17,114 nt of DNA from an uncultured archaeon (lineage in GTDB: Archaea > Iainarchaeota > Iainarchaeia > Iainarchaeales > GCA-2688035), in assembly GCA_964354805.1 (NCBI GenBank), contig CAYHBD010000032.1, positions 1-17,114 of the forward strand. Reading direction: 5' to 3'. Positions 1 through 6,750 of the stretch are shown piece after piece. Each line of letters starts with the position of its first letter. The stretch's first letter is position 1. The notes beneath the pieces are model-generated. The model saw only the letters and a list, made by a program, of their open reading frames with translations. It did not search any database and was not told where the DNA came from. The translations under genes and the position numbers were made by a program.

Positions 1-1
1 T

Positions 2-511
2 GAGCAGCAGTGCAAGGCCCCTGGGCAAAGAAATGCCTTCGTAGTCAGCGAACTCATCTTCTGAAATTCCTGCCAATTGAACATACATGTTTTGATTGAG
101 AGAGTGCACCTTAACTTGGAATGAAACTTTCTTCTTCAGCCAACTCTTTGCGATTTCATCTGTAATCAACGAGCTATTTGTTGATGCCACGACCCACATT
201 CCCAAGCCATTTGCATAGTCTACAAGGCCCTCAATGCCTTCGTGCATTAAAGGTTCGCCGCTTTCTGCAATATACCAAGTTTTTGCCCCAAGTTTTGCAG
301 CATCTTTCAGCACTCTTTTGATTTCATCATTGCTTAATTCCTGTTTCTCGGCTTTGCCTGCATCTGCGAAGCAATACAAGCAGTTGTAGTTGCAAAGCCC
401 TGTTGTGCCAATCCCGATTTGCAGCAGCTTTTTGTTTTTAATTGCGTCCTCAATTTCCTCTTGACTGAAGTCAAAGCCCTTTAGAATTGGCGGTTCTTTG
501 TAGTGATGCAT
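2..511 (-). CDS. Radical SAM protein, N-terminal part (runs off the window edge)
   Basis: Hand translation from ATG at 511: MHHYKEPPILKGFDFSQEEIEDAIKNKKLLQIGIGTTGLCNYNCLYCFADAG...ESGEPLMH...STNSSLIT. CxxxCxxC motif, GEP and TN motifs. Not in the ORF track because it is truncated. Confidence 0.9.
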   Translation of the reverse strand, partial: MHHYKEPPILKGFDFSQEEIEDAIKNKKLLQIGIGTTGLCNYNCLYCFADAGKAEKQELSNDEIKRVLKDAAKLGAKTWYIAESGEPLMHEGIEGLVDYANGLGMWVVASTNSSLITDEIAKSWLKKKVSFQVKVHSLNQNMYVQLAGISEDEFADYEGISLPRGLALLL

Positions 512-529
512 CTAATCACTTTGCCTTTC

Positions 530-1111
530 TTACTTCTTTTCCAGCAGCGCTTTGTCAATCGCTTCCATTTTTTCCCTTGCGTCAACCAGGTTTACTTTCG
601 TGTCCTTGCAACCGTCATACAACAGCATGCTGGCCTGGGCGTGGATGCCTGTTCCCCTCAGCCTGTCAAAAGCCATGTTCGCTTCCTCAAAGCAGCAGAC
701 GCCCATGACTGCTTTCGGCTTGTATTTGCGTATCAGCTTTTGAACCATGCTCCCGCCAGGGGTAATGAAAACATCTCTGTAGCCCAATTTTTTCGCTTCG
801 TTAATTAACGCGCTCAAATCGCATGCACCGCACTGCCTGCACTGCAACCCTTCCTCATTGTATTTTGCCTTGCATTTCTTGCTGTTCCGCATGCAGTGCG
901 GCAAAAAAAGAATCCTTTCGCTAAATGGAGTTGCTTTGAAACCGTATTCATTCAGCCTGTTTCTGATTTCAATGTGGGTATAGTTAATCAGCCTCTCCTT
1001 CAACCCAAGCCTTTTCGCAATAGCCTCAGTTGCCATTGCAACATCCAGGTGCGCTGTCCTGTCAACCAGGCTAGCGACAGCATCCTTTATCTTACCGGTA
1101 ATTTTCGCCAT
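530..1111 (-). CDS. DUF116 family protein
   Basis: Motifs ILFLPHCMR, CRQCGAC, FITPGGS and GVCC match the Cys pattern of DUF116. Confidence 0.8.
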   Translation of the reverse strand: MAKITGKIKDAVASLVDRTAHLDVAMATEAIAKRLGLKERLINYTHIEIRNRLNEYGFKATPFSERILFLPHCMRNSKKCKAKYNEEGLQCRQCGACDLSALINEAKKLGYRDVFITPGGSMVQKLIRKYKPKAVMGVCCFEEANMAFDRLRGTGIHAQASMLLYDGCKDTKVNLVDAREKMEAIDKALLEKK

Positions 1112-1170
1112 ACGATAATAAAAACTGGGGCAGAAAAGGTTAAATAACTAAAAGAAAAAAGGGAAGGGGA

Positions 1171-1230
1171 AGGTTAATTGTTTTTTCTGCAATTCCCTTA
1201 GAGGTTAATTGTTTTTTTGCAATTCCCTTA
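1171..1230. repeat. Tandem near-perfect 29-30 bp duplication of the 3' end of the DUF5320-like gene
   Basis: aggttaattgttttttctgcaattccctta (1171-1200) vs aggttaattgtttttttgcaattccctta (1202-1230). Confidence 0.9.
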
Positions 1231-1360
1231 TTCTTTCCCCAACGCCTTTTGCTTCCTTCTCCAAGTATTTTTTGTATTCCTCAAGCATCTCGATTTTCTC
1301 TTCTTTTGTAAGGAAGCTTCTTCCGCCATGATAGCCGCAGCCGCAATCGCCGTAATCCAT
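1205..1360 (-). CDS. Small DUF5320-like protein, 51 aa
   Basis: MDYGDCGCGYHGGRSFLTKEEKIEMLEEYKKYLEKEAKGVGERIRELQKNN. Perfect SD GGAGGTGA just upstream of ATG at 1360. Gly/Cys-rich N-terminus followed by a coiled coil. Confidence 0.8.
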   Translation of the reverse strand: MDYGDCGCGYHGGRSFLTKEEKIEMLEEYKKYLEKEAKGVGERIRELQKNN

Positions 1361-1377
1361 CCAATCACCTCCTGGTG

Positions 1378-1438
1378 TATCGTATATACGATATGATTGC
1401 TTGGGTTTATTTTTTAAATATATCGGTTGTCCGATATA
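1378..1438. promoter_or_regulatory. Divergent promoter with two TATCG-N6-CGATA palindromes, candidate PadR operators
   Basis: tatcgtatatacgata (1378-1393, perfect palindrome) and tatatcgg-ttgt-ccgatata (1419-1438) flank an AT-rich TATA-like core at about 1406-1422. Confidence 0.7.
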
Positions 1439-1440
1439 AT

Positions 1441-1746
1441 ATGCTGCCCGGGAAAGAGCAATGTTGCTGTGACATGAGGGGCATGTTGTCTTTTCTGATT
1501 CTCTTCCTGCTTTCCAAGAAGAATATGAACGGCCAGCAAATTGCTGAGGAAATCGCCGAGAGGAAAGGCAGCTGGCCGAGTCCAGGGACAATCTATCCCG
1601 CGCTGAAGGGCCTGCGGCTGCTTGGCTTGGTCAAGGAAAAAAAAAGCGGCAAAACCGTAACATACACGCTGACAGAGCAGGGCAGGGAAACCCTGCGCAT
1701 TGCAAAGCGCAAATTCTGCCAGACATTCAAAGGCGTGCTGATATAG
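1441..1746 (+). CDS. PadR family transcriptional regulator
   Basis: RGMLSFLILFLLSKKNMNGQQIAEEI...PSPGTIYPALKGL...YTLTEQG is the PadR signature. Start at ATG 1441 or 1474. Confidence 0.9.
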   Translation: MLPGKEQCCCDMRGMLSFLILFLLSKKNMNGQQIAEEIAERKGSWPSPGTIYPALKGLRLLGLVKEKKSGKTVTYTLTEQGRETLRIAKRKFCQTFKGVLI

Positions 1747-1845
1747 CCCTTTTTCCTGAAATAATCAAGGAATTCAGCTGGATAACAATTTTCAAAACAG
1801 AGAAAATCTACTACGCGCCGCAGGCGTGAAGGAAAAAAAGCAATT

Positions 1846-1918
1846 TGCCCCAGCCGGGATTCGAACCCGGATCGCGGCCTTGAGAGGGCCGAGTGCTTAG
1901 CCGTTACACTACCGGGGC
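1846..1918 (-). tRNA. tRNA-Glu(CTC)
   Basis: Acceptor GCCCCGG/CTGGGGC-A, anticodon arm CGGCC-CTCTCAA-GGCCG, T arm CCGGG-TTCGAAT-CCCGG. No encoded CCA. Confidence 0.96.
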
Positions 1919-1988
1919 ATTTTAAGAAAAGAGGGTTAAATATTCTTTTTAAATGAATTAATTTAAAAATTCCTTTGCTGTGCTGGCT

Positions 1989-2468
1989 TTACGATTCCAA
2001 CGGCATTTCAATTCTGTTGCTGTTCGCGCTACCGACAACAAGGCTGTTTGGCTGTGCTGATTCAATGCACAGCAGGGCGCTTGCCAAAACTTCTTGCTTT
2101 GGCTGCAGGGCATCTGTTCTGCAGTTGTTGCATGCAATAACTTTTATTCCTGACCCGAATTTGAGGAATACTTTTTCTGCTACGCTACTGCCTCTGTTTT
2201 TTACTGTTATTTCAATAGCTGTTTCCTGGGGGCATTGCAGCAGTTTTGCCCCATTGCTTACGCTGGCTTCAAGTGTTGTTGGCTGCAAAACAGTGAAAGA
2301 GAGTCCTGCCTGCATGCCTGATTCGTTTTCTGCGTTTTTTTGTTGTGGCTGCTGTCTTGCAGCGCCCAATCCGAATAAGCCGGTTAAATTTTTGTCATAA
2401 AAATAGAAGAAAAGCAATGCAATCGCGATCAACATTGCTCCCAATAAAAACAGCTTGTTTCTGTTCAT
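1989..2468 (-). CDS. Membrane-anchored extracellular protein with a CARDB/Ig-like domain
   Basis: N-terminal hydrophobic segment, then IEITVKNRGSSVAEKV, a CARDB-like motif. Starts 3 nt after the upstream stop, so likely co-transcribed. Confidence 0.6.
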   Translation of the reverse strand: MNRNKLFLLGAMLIAIALLFFYFYDKNLTGLFGLGAARQQPQQKNAENESGMQAGLSFTVLQPTTLEASVSNGAKLLQCPQETAIEITVKNRGSSVAEKVFLKFGSGIKVIACNNCRTDALQPKQEVLASALLCIESAQPNSLVVGSANSNRIEMPLES

Positions 2469-2471
2469 TAT

Positions 2472-4025
2472 TCAGACCTGCATTGAAAGGCTAACGCTAA
2501 GGTTTGCTGCAGCAATTTCAAATGAAAGCGAGTTTGAGTTAACGCTGCCAAGAATACTATCTGCTGTTACGGAGGCGAAAACAGTTCTTTCCCCAACAGC
2601 AAGCATGTTAACATAAATGTCTGCCTGCTTTGTTTCATTCGGCTTTATTTCTGGAATGCTCAGCGTGCTTGTCTCTGTTTGAATCCAATCATTGGACAGG
2701 CCGTTCAATGAAATGCGCAGATTTTTTGCCGCAATCTTGCCGTTGTTTGTTATTGTTACAGTGAATTTTACAACGCTGTTAAGGGGTACAAGGTTTGGGT
2801 TTGAAGGGGCAGCTGCCTTTTTTGTTGGAAAGATTTTTCCGCTTAATGCAATTGCAGCAATGGCTGTATCAGGGGCATTTGAATTTAGCGCATCTCTCCC
2901 AAAGCCTTTGTCCGGGAGCTGCATTCCCTTAAGGCATTGCAATGCGCTATTTGCATCGCGGTTGTAGGCGATTAAAGCCATTGCCCCCAAAGCGGTTGTG
3001 TAAGCATTAGAGAGGCAGCCGCTTGGTTGCTGTTTTCCTTTAAGCCATGCAATTGCTGCATTTATTGCTTGGTTTTTTTCCTGCCCTGCTGCTGCAAAAG
3101 CTACCAGCGCTTCAGCACTGTAATCTTCTGAACTGTTTTGCCCTGCTTTGTATCCAAAGCCGCCATCTGCATTTTGGGCTGAAAAGAGGTAGTCAATTGG
3201 TGTTTTGCTGTTTTTTGTTGGCATAGGCGTGCTTGCTGCAGCGAAAGCAAGTATTGCCCAGGCTGTTGTGTCAACATCGCTGCTGCCCCAGCCACTGAAA
3301 CCAGCGTCGTTTTCTTGTTTTGAGAGCAGAAAGTCAATTGCAGTATTGTTTCCTTTGTTAAAATCTTCAACCGAGAGGCCGTTTGCAATCAGTGCCATTA
3401 TTGAAACGCCTGTGTGCAGTGCATCGCGTTCAAAACCCGGGTAAGCGAAGCCAGCATCTTGCGCTTGGTTTGCAAGCAGATAGCCCTGGGCATTTTGTTT
3501 AACCGAATCATTGCCTGCTGAAAGGTTTAATGCCATTAATGCAAAAGCATTTCCCCAGACAGCATGCGAGCCGATTTGCCCATTGCTGTCTTGGTGTGCT
3601 GCAAGCCAGGTTATTGCATCGTTAATTACAGTCTGCCTTGTTTTGCTCGGCACATCAGCAAAGCCCAATTCGATTGTGTCACCGTTTACTGGAACATAGG
3701 CACTTACTCCAACCGGTGCGAATTCCGCATTCACCCAAAAATGCCAGTATTGCCCTGCTGAATTGTTTATTCCGTTTATTCCGTTGATGAACCAGCTGTC
3801 GAAGGAGGGGTAGTATGTCATATCCATCTGCAGATTGTGTGCTGCAGCAACCTGCATGAATGCATTGAATGCATTTGCGTCGTCTGCTACATTGGTTGAT
3901 TCCTCTATGTCAGTGAATGTGCCAGCTGGGAAATTGTAGATTACCGTAACGTTTTTTGCTGTCGCATGCGCTGCCAGGAAGGAAAACAAAATGAGTAAAA
4001 GAAAACATTTTTTCAACTTGGGCAT
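2472..4025 (-). CDS. Secreted DUF4430 + prenyltransferase-like alpha/alpha barrel + CARDB-like protein (transcobalamin-like domain set)
   Basis: Signal peptide MPKLKKCFLLLILFSFLAAHATA. DUF4430 motif FINGINGI...YWHFWVN...VGVSAY...GDTIE. Repeats WLAAHQDSNG, YLLANQAQDAGF, FLLSKQENDAGF, YLFSAQNADGGF, MQLPDKGF. C-terminal FTVTITNNG...IKPNETK. Confidence 0.8.
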   Translation of the reverse strand: MPKLKKCFLLLILFSFLAAHATAKNVTVIYNFPAGTFTDIEESTNVADDANAFNAFMQVAAAHNLQMDMTYYPSFDSWFINGINGINNSAGQYWHFWVNAEFAPVGVSAYVPVNGDTIELGFADVPSKTRQTVINDAITWLAAHQDSNGQIGSHAVWGNAFALMALNLSAGNDSVKQNAQGYLLANQAQDAGFAYPGFERDALHTGVSIMALIANGLSVEDFNKGNNTAIDFLLSKQENDAGFSGWGSSDVDTTAWAILAFAAASTPMPTKNSKTPIDYLFSAQNADGGFGYKAGQNSSEDYSAEALVAFAAAGQEKNQAINAAIAWLKGKQQPSGCLSNAYTTALGAMALIAYNRDANSALQCLKGMQLPDKGFGRDALNSNAPDTAIAAIALSGKIFPTKKAAAPSNPNLVPLNSVVKFTVTITNNGKIAAKNLRISLNGLSNDWIQTETSTLSIPEIKPNETKQADIYVNMLAVGERTVFASVTADSILGSVNSNSLSFEIAAANLSVSLSMQV

Positions 4026-4066
4026 GAAAACATCGTCTGCCAATGTTTTTAAATAGTTTCTTTAAA

Positions 4067-4084
4067 TGATAATAATCGTTATCA
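4067..4084. promoter_or_regulatory. Inverted repeat TGATAA-N6-TTATCA in the divergent intergenic region, candidate operator
   Basis: tgataa-taatcg-ttatca, immediately next to a TTTAAA TATA-like element at 4061-4066. Confidence 0.4.
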
Positions 4085-4113
4085 AAAAGGGTAATACCTG
4101 AATAGTGGGCTTT

Positions 4114-4209
4114 ATGGATGTTTTTAGGGCTTTGGGAAACGAGAACAGATTGAATTTGTGCTGGGGTTGGTTTGATGGATATTTTTAGGGCTTTGGGAAA
4201 CGAGAACAG
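4114..4209 (+). repeat. 35 bp direct repeat duplicating the 5' end of the ArsR-DUF4430 gene
   Basis: atggatgtttttagggctttgggaaacgagaacag (4114-4148) vs atggatatttttagggctttgggaaacgagaacag (4175-4209), 1 mismatch, 61 nt offset. Confidence 0.92.
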
Positions 4210-4681
4210 GAGGAACATGCTCAAAATTTTGCTGCAAAGGAGAATGCATATTAGTGCATTGGCAAAAGAGCTGAATATTGCTGTTCCTGTTGCATTAAAG
4301 CATACCAAAATTTTGGAAGAGGCTGGGTTTATTGAAAGGACAAGGTTTGGGAATACCCATGTTTTGCAGGTAAAGCAGGAGGCATTGCAGCGGATAAAAC
4401 ATTTGTGGGACTTGTTTGAAAAACCCCTTGTGGTTTCGGTTAAGAAAGGGGCAACAATGTTGGATGCATTGGGCACTATGTCTGGCTTGCAGATTGAAAA
4501 GCAAAAAGACGGGGCTTTAATTACAGCGGTGGATGGGAAAAAGGGCTACTATGTTTATGAGGTTAATGGAAAGCTGGTTGAGCTACCGATAGACTTGTTC
4601 AAGATAGAGAAAAGCATGGAAGTGGAATTAAAGCGCTTGCTGCCCGTTGTCGGGAAGAAAATAATTATCTCAATAAAATAG
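4175..4681 (+). CDS. ArsR-family wHTH regulator fused to a C-terminal DUF4430-like domain
   Basis: N-terminus IFRALGNENRRNMLKIL...HISALAKEL...KHTKILEEAGFI (ArsR). C-terminus VSVKKGATMLDAL...LITAVDGK...YYVYEVNGK parallels TVEKGANAFDEM...FVTSINSV...YWALYVDGK in the neighbouring DUF4430 protein. Confidence 0.85.
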   Translation: MDIFRALGNENRRNMLKILLQRRMHISALAKELNIAVPVALKHTKILEEAGFIERTRFGNTHVLQVKQEALQRIKHLWDLFEKPLVVSVKKGATMLDALGTMSGLQIEKQKDGALITAVDGKKGYYVYEVNGKLVELPIDLFKIEKSMEVELKRLLPVVGKKIIISIK

Positions 4682-4738
4682 GGTTATTTTGGAAAAAAAG
4701 AATTGTTTTGATAAAATGCTTTGCAGGGAAAACCGCTA

Positions 4739-5179
4739 TTAGCTTCCTTCCAGGCGCCATTCAATTGCAGTGTCTTTTTCAAGGGTGATTGCGCTTATCC
4801 CTATTTCGCTCATCTTCCCGTCAACGTACAATGCCCAATATTGTTTTTCTGTTGAGGCAACACTGTTTATGCTTGTCACAAAAGCGCCATACATGGACAT
4901 CTTGGTTTCCACTTCCGCAATCTTGTTCATTTCGTCGAATGCGTTTGCCCCCTTTTCAACGGTTATTGTTTTGTCCAAGACAACTTGGTCGCCTGCCAAT
5001 GCCTTAAAGCTTACTGAAACCGTTTCTTTTCCAGGCTGTGCAGTTGAAGGGCCTGCGAGGTTTTGCGCTGCAATGCTGAATACCAGCCAGATTACAACTA
5101 ATATTGCAAGCCACAGGAATAGCTTCTTCTCGATTTTTGTTTCCTTTTTGGGCTTTGCTGCCGGCTGTGTTTCATCCAT
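4739..5179 (-). CDS. Membrane-anchored DUF4430 (transcobalamin beta-domain-like) protein
   Basis: Single transmembrane helix, then YGAFVTSINSV...QYWALYVDGKMSEIGISAITLEKDTAIEWRL. Confidence 0.85.
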   Translation of the reverse strand: MDETQPAAKPKKETKIEKKLFLWLAILVVIWLVFSIAAQNLAGPSTAQPGKETVSVSFKALAGDQVVLDKTITVEKGANAFDEMNKIAEVETKMSMYGAFVTSINSVASTEKQYWALYVDGKMSEIGISAITLEKDTAIEWRLEGS

Positions 5180-5181
5180 TT

Positions 5182-5715
5182 CTATGCCCTCGCAAAAAAC
5201 CTGAATTTGCTTAAAACAGCTGAATCCTCAAGAGCCGGATTGCTGACTATTGCCCTGTCAAGCAATGGCGTGAGAATCAAAACGAATCCGCTTACAGTGA
5301 GCAGGTGCAGTATTGTGAAGGGAATCTGCCCGATGAAGGCTTGCATGTAGCTCATTCCGAACATTGCTGGACCGAATAAAACGCCTGTTACAAAATCAAA
5401 TATTAGAACGCCGATAACACCGCTTCCCAAATAGTGTTTTAGTTGCACTTTTTTCATTCTCTTATACGTGAAGTGGAATAATATGCCCAAAGCAGCGTAA
5501 GTGCCTGCCGTCACCCAGGTCCAACGGCCTATGCCGCTTGTTATCAAATCAAAGGAAACCATTGTGAGAAAAGCGAATAATGATGCCTGCCACCAGCGGT
5601 TCTGTTTTGCGAATGGCAGCATGCATCCCATTATTGGATCATTGTTTGGAATGAATCGCAGCAGCCTGTAGGCATTGCAGAATAAAATGCTTAAAGCGTA
5701 CTTTAATACCTTCAT
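5182..5715 (-). CDS. ECF transporter S component, probably CbrT/CblT-like and cobalamin-specific
   Basis: 177 aa with about 5-6 hydrophobic helices and motifs RLLRFIPNNDPI, GIGRWTWVT, QIPFTILHLL. Directly upstream of a DUF4430 gene. Start placed at ATG 5715 because the ORF-track extension overlaps tRNA-Met. Confidence 0.65.
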   Translation of the reverse strand: MKVLKYALSILFCNAYRLLRFIPNNDPIMGCMLPFAKQNRWWQASLFAFLTMVSFDLITSGIGRWTWVTAGTYAALGILFHFTYKRMKKVQLKHYLGSGVIGVLIFDFVTGVLFGPAMFGMSYMQAFIGQIPFTILHLLTVSGFVLILTPLLDRAIVSNPALEDSAVLSKFRFFARA

Positions 5716-5798
5716 TTTGCACCAATCCAATAAGATGTTTTCTTTTTTTAAACTTAATTGCCACGGCAAAGATGTTTGAATTGTCGAAAAAAAGGCAA

Positions 5799-5874
5799 TG
5801 CCGGTGGTGGGAATTGAACCCACGGACCTCTCGATTATGAGTCGAGCGCTCTAACCAGGCTGAGCTACACCGGC
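5799..5874 (-). tRNA. tRNA-Met(CAT), probably elongator
   Basis: Acceptor GCCGGTG/CACCGGC-A, anticodon arm CTCGA-CTCATAA-TCGAG, T loop TTCAATT. Lacks the initiator A1:U72 pair and the three G:C anticodon-stem pairs. Confidence 0.9.
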
Positions 5875-5969
5875 ATTCAATAAAATATAGAAAACAAGCA
5901 ATTTTAAATTTAAAGGGGTTTTTGCAAAATATTAAATTTTTGGATAAAAACGGTTTTCGGCTAAGCAAT

Positions 5970-6689
5970 TCAGAGGCTGATTGCTTTTGCTGTTTCGCTC
6001 AGGTCTATCTTGTCCTGTTTGCTGTAGTCAAGCCTGCTTTTCATAACCAGTTTTCCGTTGTGCAACAGAATCCTGTCCGCGTATCCAATGAATAATCCTG
6101 TTTCAAGAACGCCTGGAACATCTTTTGCCTGGAACTCCAGTTCCTCCAGGCTGTATATTTCGTCAACGTTTACATCTATCACAAAATGGTTTGTTTCGGT
6201 TCTGAACGGCTTTCCTGCACCCATTCTCAATTTTGCTTCGCCAAGCTTTTGCAATTGCAGCATTGTTCTTTTCCAGCCGAAAATGCATATTTCAAAAGGA
6301 ATCCAGCCATGCAGCCTGTTCACATAGTTTTTCTCTTCTGTTATGACAATCAAATCGTCCGCGCTTTGTGCAACCATTTTGTCCCTGACAAAGCTGCTGC
6401 TGCCCCTCTTAATGTAATTGAATGCCTTGTCCACCTGGTCAACGAATTCAACAGCCACATCGATTTCGTCTTCGTTTATTGAAGCAAGCGGGATGCCGAG
6501 CGATGCAAGCTGTGCTGCAATATCCCTTGATGTTGCAACAACCTTTACGTTAATGCTTTCTTCCTCTATTTTGAATGCGAGCTTTTTAATAAATTGCTTT
6601 GTGGCAGCGCTTGTCCCGAAAGCAAGCACCATGTTGTCCTTGATGTATTTTGCAACAAGGGCTTCAATTGTCTCTTCCCTCAGCACCAT
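5970..6689 (-). CDS. rpiA: Ribose-5-phosphate isomerase A homologue with degenerate active-site motifs
   Basis: RpiA layout (YIKDNMVLAFGTS, VVATS, IPFEI, TETNHFVID, VPGVLETGLF), but DGADE reads EFVDQ and KGGGGALxREK reads KRGSSSFVRDK. Confidence 0.8.
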   Translation of the reverse strand: MVLREETIEALVAKYIKDNMVLAFGTSAATKQFIKKLAFKIEEESINVKVVATSRDIAAQLASLGIPLASINEDEIDVAVEFVDQVDKAFNYIKRGSSSFVRDKMVAQSADDLIVITEEKNYVNRLHGWIPFEICIFGWKRTMLQLQKLGEAKLRMGAGKPFRTETNHFVIDVNVDEIYSLEELEFQAKDVPGVLETGLFIGYADRILLHNGKLVMKSRLDYSKQDKIDLSETAKAISL

Positions 6690-6750
6690 ATGCTTAATAG
6701 TAATTGCTTTCGGTTATTTAATTTTTTTGTATGGGGAGAAACAGGCTTTT

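Noticed and set aside
1361-1591. N-terminal extensions of ORFs 1205..1591 and 1375..1746
   Set aside because: They overlap the opposite gene and the promoter. SD position and family motifs support starts at 1360 and 1441 or 1474.
2472-4025. Squalene-hopene cyclase or protein prenyltransferase
   Set aside because: It has a signal peptide, a single barrel, no DXDD motif and a DUF4430/ECF context.
5716-5798. Cobalamin riboswitch upstream of the S component
   Set aside because: Only 83 AT-rich nt with no B12-box. The short TTGCC-AC-GGCAA dyad at 5758-5769 does not match the dyad at 4067-4084.
5639-5968. 109 aa ORF and the 5' extension of ORF 5182..5823
   Set aside because: Both overlap tRNA-Met and show no protein-like features.
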